Below are positions 33,597-37,599 of a DNA stretch of 37,599 nucleotides, piece after piece. The notes beneath the pieces were generated by a model, which was not told the origin of the DNA, searched no databases, and saw only the letters and a program-made list of their open reading frames with translations. This stretch comes from Perkinsus chesapeaki ATCC PRA-425. Taxonomy: Eukaryota; Protista; Perkinsozoa. The translations under genes and the position numbers were made by a program. Positions within the stretch are counted from its first letter, which is position 1; each line of letters starts with the position of its first letter. The DNA is taken from the NCBI GenBank assembly GCA_013115145.1, contig JAAPAO010000344.1, positions 1 through 37,599 of the forward strand. Reading direction: 5' to 3'.

Positions 33597-34667
33597 CTAA
33601 CGAAAACCTTCCGGGACCTTCAAAACTTCACATGGACCACCAGTACCGCTAGCGGTTTCAAAGTAATCTACGTCGCGCACGGCAGGCGCGCGTGTGCACG
33701 AGCTGACGAAATACGCTGAGCCCTGACACAAAGCAGCAGACAGCTGGTGGAACCTTACCAGGCATTGTGTAAAGCGAAGCAGAGAAACAAAAGTCAGGAA
33801 GAACACAGTGGGGCGAAAAAGTCAATCAGTGGAGGAAAGTCGGTATGACGAAGAAGTGCTCGGGAAGTGCAAAGGCGAGCAAGGGTAAGCTAGATAGCAC
33901 TTGCGACACAATTTCTGTCTCCTCAGAATTAACGCCCCTTAAACGCAGCGTCCCATTCCCTCTGAATAGTCGGGAAGCGATAAGTGGAAGATGCTAGGTG
34001 CGTTCGAAAATGTCGGAAGGCAATGCAAAGATTTCAACTACAACGATGATGCCAAAACCGCTATGCCGTCCGAGAGCTCAGCCAGTGACGGTCAGATGGG
34101 ATTCCCACTAAGTCACAGATATCGGTACGGTCTCAGCCGACAGGCAGAAAGTAGCGATTACTATCGAACGCATGAATTGAAAAAGCAAACACTTGTGCAG
34201 AAACTTTCGATGTCGTTGAGTGAGGATCAGCGGCAAGTAACGCAACTCGGGCATCTATAAGGTTAAAACAAAGGGCCTGAATGCCTTCTATACAAATTGC
34301 TTTCTGGTGCTTATCGCTGACCAAAATACCGTTATAAAGCCAACTGCAGTATACCTACCCTTCGAAGACCTTCTCCGTCATTAGGAGACTTCTCCACGGT
34401 GGGTGCTGCCAATGTAACTGACTGACCATCGACAAGCTGAAAAGACGAAATGACACCATTTAAAGCCGAAGCGAGTCTTACCAAACTGATGGGCTCTCCA
34501 CGCTCTACCGTCTTTGGTATTGAAATTGTAATGTTATCTCCATCAGATTGCTGTGGCCCAATACGCGCGGCAGGTGCAGGGATGATTGGATTCTGAACAG
34601 CAGTCGGGACACTGTAAAAATACCTCGGAAAATTCGCCCTCCTTAGAAACGGGCGAAAAAAAATCAT
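33597..34667 (-). CDS. Hypothetical protein with Arg-rich, mitochondrial-presequence-like N-terminus; 3' exons uncertain
   Basis: ATG at 34667 (MIFFRPFLRRANFPRYFYSV...), open to a donor near 34350. Later protein-like segments exist, but I could not fix the splice path or the stop. Confidence 0.5.
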
Positions 34668-34738
34668 TTTCCCCAAAGCTCCTCATTGCGGCAGATCTTT
34701 AGCCGAACAGTAAAATATTTGTCGCTCATATTTCAGTT

Positions 34739-36207
34739 TTAACGAACCATCTGTAACAACCCGCGGCTGCTTACCTCGATACACGAAGCACATCGCAGGC
34801 CCACCCATGCGACAAACGAGCGGAACCCTAGCTCGCACGCCACGGAGAGCATTAAGAAGAAGCCGCAAATGTAACCGAAAACTGAACGACAAAGAATCGC
34901 TACGGAGCAGACGCTTCAGACTTACGACTGGCCACTGCCTCCCTGTTGATGCTGAATGGTATATCTAGGTCCTTCAGAAACTCAAACTGAAAAGCGAAAC
35001 ATTCCAGCGGCGGAGCTCGACAGATCGGAAGAAAATAAATGCTTTCTATGCGGAGGGAGCGGTATGAAAGGAATAGTTTGCCACAGTGGCAACGCCACTA
35101 TATGCCCTCAAACAACGCTTACTAAGATGCCTACCATTTCAAAACCGACATACGGTAGTTAAGCTCTTAAGATCGCTGGAGGTGACTTACGATTGGCAAT
35201 TGTTGTATAAAATCCACCATTTGATCCAGCTGAGTCGTCACTGCCGCCTCCAACCAAATAAGAGTGGTCAATGCCATCAGACCCAGAGCAATTACTCGGA
35301 CCAAACACGAGTAGGAGTATGTACGAACATAGAGCGGGCTGGCAAGTAATATCGAAATAAGATGCTTCTGTGCTGCCAGGAGTTCATATAGCCGCACGAA
35401 AATGCGTTCCAGCGCTGCTAGTGCGAATCTCCGGTGGATATTCTTTATATATATCTATTTTAGATGTTTCTAGGGCAAAGCTAGACACCGTTTCGGGCAT
35501 GCCTACTCGAAACTTGTGATGTTCCTCAATCGTCCCCTGAACTGCGCTGAGTATTTATTTTTACATCAACATGCGTATTTTTATAATTTTTATGAAATTA
35601 CGACGCGATTTCCCCTCAGTTTCCATCGTTCTCACCATTCAGTATATTTCCCTGCTCCTTGCGAGCGGCTACTTGCAGTTAGGATTTATAGTGAACTTAA
35701 GATTCCCCGACCTTCAGATTCGACAAGAGCGAGCGTAATGTTCATAGTTCGGAAGATGCCCGCCATCTTACTTTTTCTGTTGAACGCCCATCAGTCCAAG
35801 CGCGGCCATTATGACCGTCGAAGCGGTCAAACCAGAGGCAGCAGCCTGCCACGAGAATAGTTTTCTGGCGCGCAAGAAATCGGCTTACCTGCACTGTACT
35901 GGCCATCTCATTGGTGGACCCCATCGTCAAAAGGGCATGAACTGGCCCGCCGTAGTAATCCGCGTAGCTCGATACCTCAGGAACCTTGCAGAAAAGTCAC
36001 GCGCCCAAAAATTAATCACCGTACAGTTTCAATGCTCTCCATGGCAACACTTAACAAATTCAGCAAACCAAAGATGAGGTCCATCGCAGCGAAGATCTGC
36101 AGGGACGTGATGAAACTGCACCCGCAGCAGCAAGTTGGTTCCGGCACCAGAACGACTCGAGGCTGCTGAGCACCGTCACCAGCTGCGTCACGGTTACGTA
36201 CTGGCAT
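34739..36207 (-). CDS. Four-TM membrane protein with N-terminal CCCGC motif (LAPTM/Mtp-like topology), multi-exon
   Basis: Exons: MPVRNRD..EPTCCCGCSFITSLQIFAAMDLIFGLLNLL; AAASGLTASTVIMAALGLMGV; YVRTYSYSCLVRVIALGLMALTTLIW; FGYICGFFLMLSVACELGFRSFVAWVGL. Predicted stop at 34741-34739. Confidence 0.65.
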
Positions 36208-36750
36208 TTCAAATGGGAAAATTGAAACCTATTTACAGCAGACGCATTAAGATAGAGGATACGAAGATACTCAGAAATTTTGGGATTTCAGAGACAGGGA
36301 GTCATAGCGCAACATGCTCACATGTTCACAGAAAGAATGCATTCAAGCTTTTTCCGTCCTAGCACCAAATTTTTTAAAAGAATTTCTATCATATCTAGCA
36401 GCGCTTGAGGGGCCTCGATGAGGCTGGGTGACTCGGTGGAAGGTGGAATGACAAGAAGCTAATTCACACGTAGATGCCCTCTGAAAATCGCAGAGGACAC
36501 TGAAAATTCAATCAGTGAACTAAACACTACTCGGCCACTAGACGCCACGATCGATGAAATTTTCGAGCTTACCCAGAGAGCCCTTATCGCATCGAAGCTA
36601 AAGATGGTTGGAATCCAACCTAACATAAGCGATAGGAAGTAAGTCTAGTTACTGCCAACGCAACGCACAGAGCTTTCGACATAACATCATCATCACACGT
36701 TAATGGCGAGCTGCACACGAAGTGGAGGCATGCGCTACTCCTACTTGGAC

Positions 36751-37490
36751 TCATTTCTCTTCGTTCATTTCCCGCAATTCATCTTCAAACTTCCTTCCAT
36801 TGTCCTCATAAAACTTCACCAACCACTCAAGAGACCCCCCGAACTTCTCGTACTTCTTGGGAGGGTAATTCGCAATTGCATCGATTATAGCGAAACATGC
36901 CTCATTAGACAGGTCGGTCTTGGGATGGAGTGATGGGATCAACTTTAGCGAGGAGAAGTGGGCGAATGGTAAGAATCCCTTCTACTTTAAAGTCTCGTAT
37001 TCTCCCTCCATGTTCTCTGGTCTTCCTTGGTACTGAACATCGCCGGCGCGGGCTTTAAGCTTGCCAAGGGTAGTAGAACTGATGAGGAAACTGATCCGAG
37101 TGTACAGACATATCTTATGTCACATCATATAAGTTCTGCCGGCCTTTATGTCCTCGAATGAAGACTCCGTGATATCGCCGGCCTCATTTACAGTACAGTA
37201 GTCCACAAATATGCCATGTCCACGCCGAGAGAGCAAGATCTGGGACCGATTGCCAAGCTTAGCGTCTGCTGGGAAACACTATGAGATATTCAAGTAATGC
37301 CGATCAATCAAAACAGAATTCCAGTAGAAAACTGACCTATGATTCCTTTGACCGCGCGCGGCAAACGGGCAGCCGGAAACCACACCCTCCCCACCTTGTG
37401 CGCATCGTCCTTTTCCGCAGACAATCTCAAGGCCACGGTCTCAGAACCGAGCGATAGGAGTAGTACTGGAGAGAAGCACTTGAACAGCAT
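36751..37490 (-). CDS. Hypothetical secreted protein, multi-exon
   Basis: ATG at 37490 (MLFKCFSPVLLLSLGSETVALRLS, signal-like). GT-AG-bounded segments lead to a last exon ending KFEDELREMNEEK* at 36751. Confidence 0.55.
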
Positions 37491-37599
37491 TTCAATGGGC
37501 AAGTGGGATGCTAAATAATAATAAACTGATAATATTTATAGTGCGTTGCACCGGCGCGCTGCACACAACGCATGCGTTTCGCCGGATACGTTTCACATA

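Noticed and set aside
34400-34560. Mitochondrial calcium uniporter similarity (RGEPISLVRLAS vs NGLPVISVRLPS)
   Set aside because: No WDxxEP pore motif could be found in any frame downstream.

Overview
This is eukaryotic, intron-rich protist DNA. Short GT-AG introns, same-strand gene blocks and gene content suggest a Perkinsus-like alveolate (my inference, not verified). Genes readable across exons: a P1B heavy-metal ATPase (3' end off-window), a GT77-like and a GT34 glycosyltransferase, OLA1/YchF, a YdcF/DUF218-like protein, an internally duplicated ACT-SerB phosphoserine phosphatase whose first HAD domain lacks the catalytic Asp, a 4-TM membrane protein and several hypothetical proteins. Intergenic DNA holds decayed mobile DNA (MULE transposase, copia-like gag, a foreign-looking frameshifted ORF). 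The main unexplained signal is a sequence-independent 22-bp structure: an 8-mer T written as T[1-7] + reverse-complement(T) + T[2-8]. By eye I found at least 11 perfect and 13 one-mismatch copies, all in introns, intergenic DNA or decayed mobile DNA. This is the product expected when a hAT-type transposon (8-bp TSD, flank hairpins) excises and the two opened hairpins anneal. All analysis was by eye; exon boundaries and family calls need computational confirmation.
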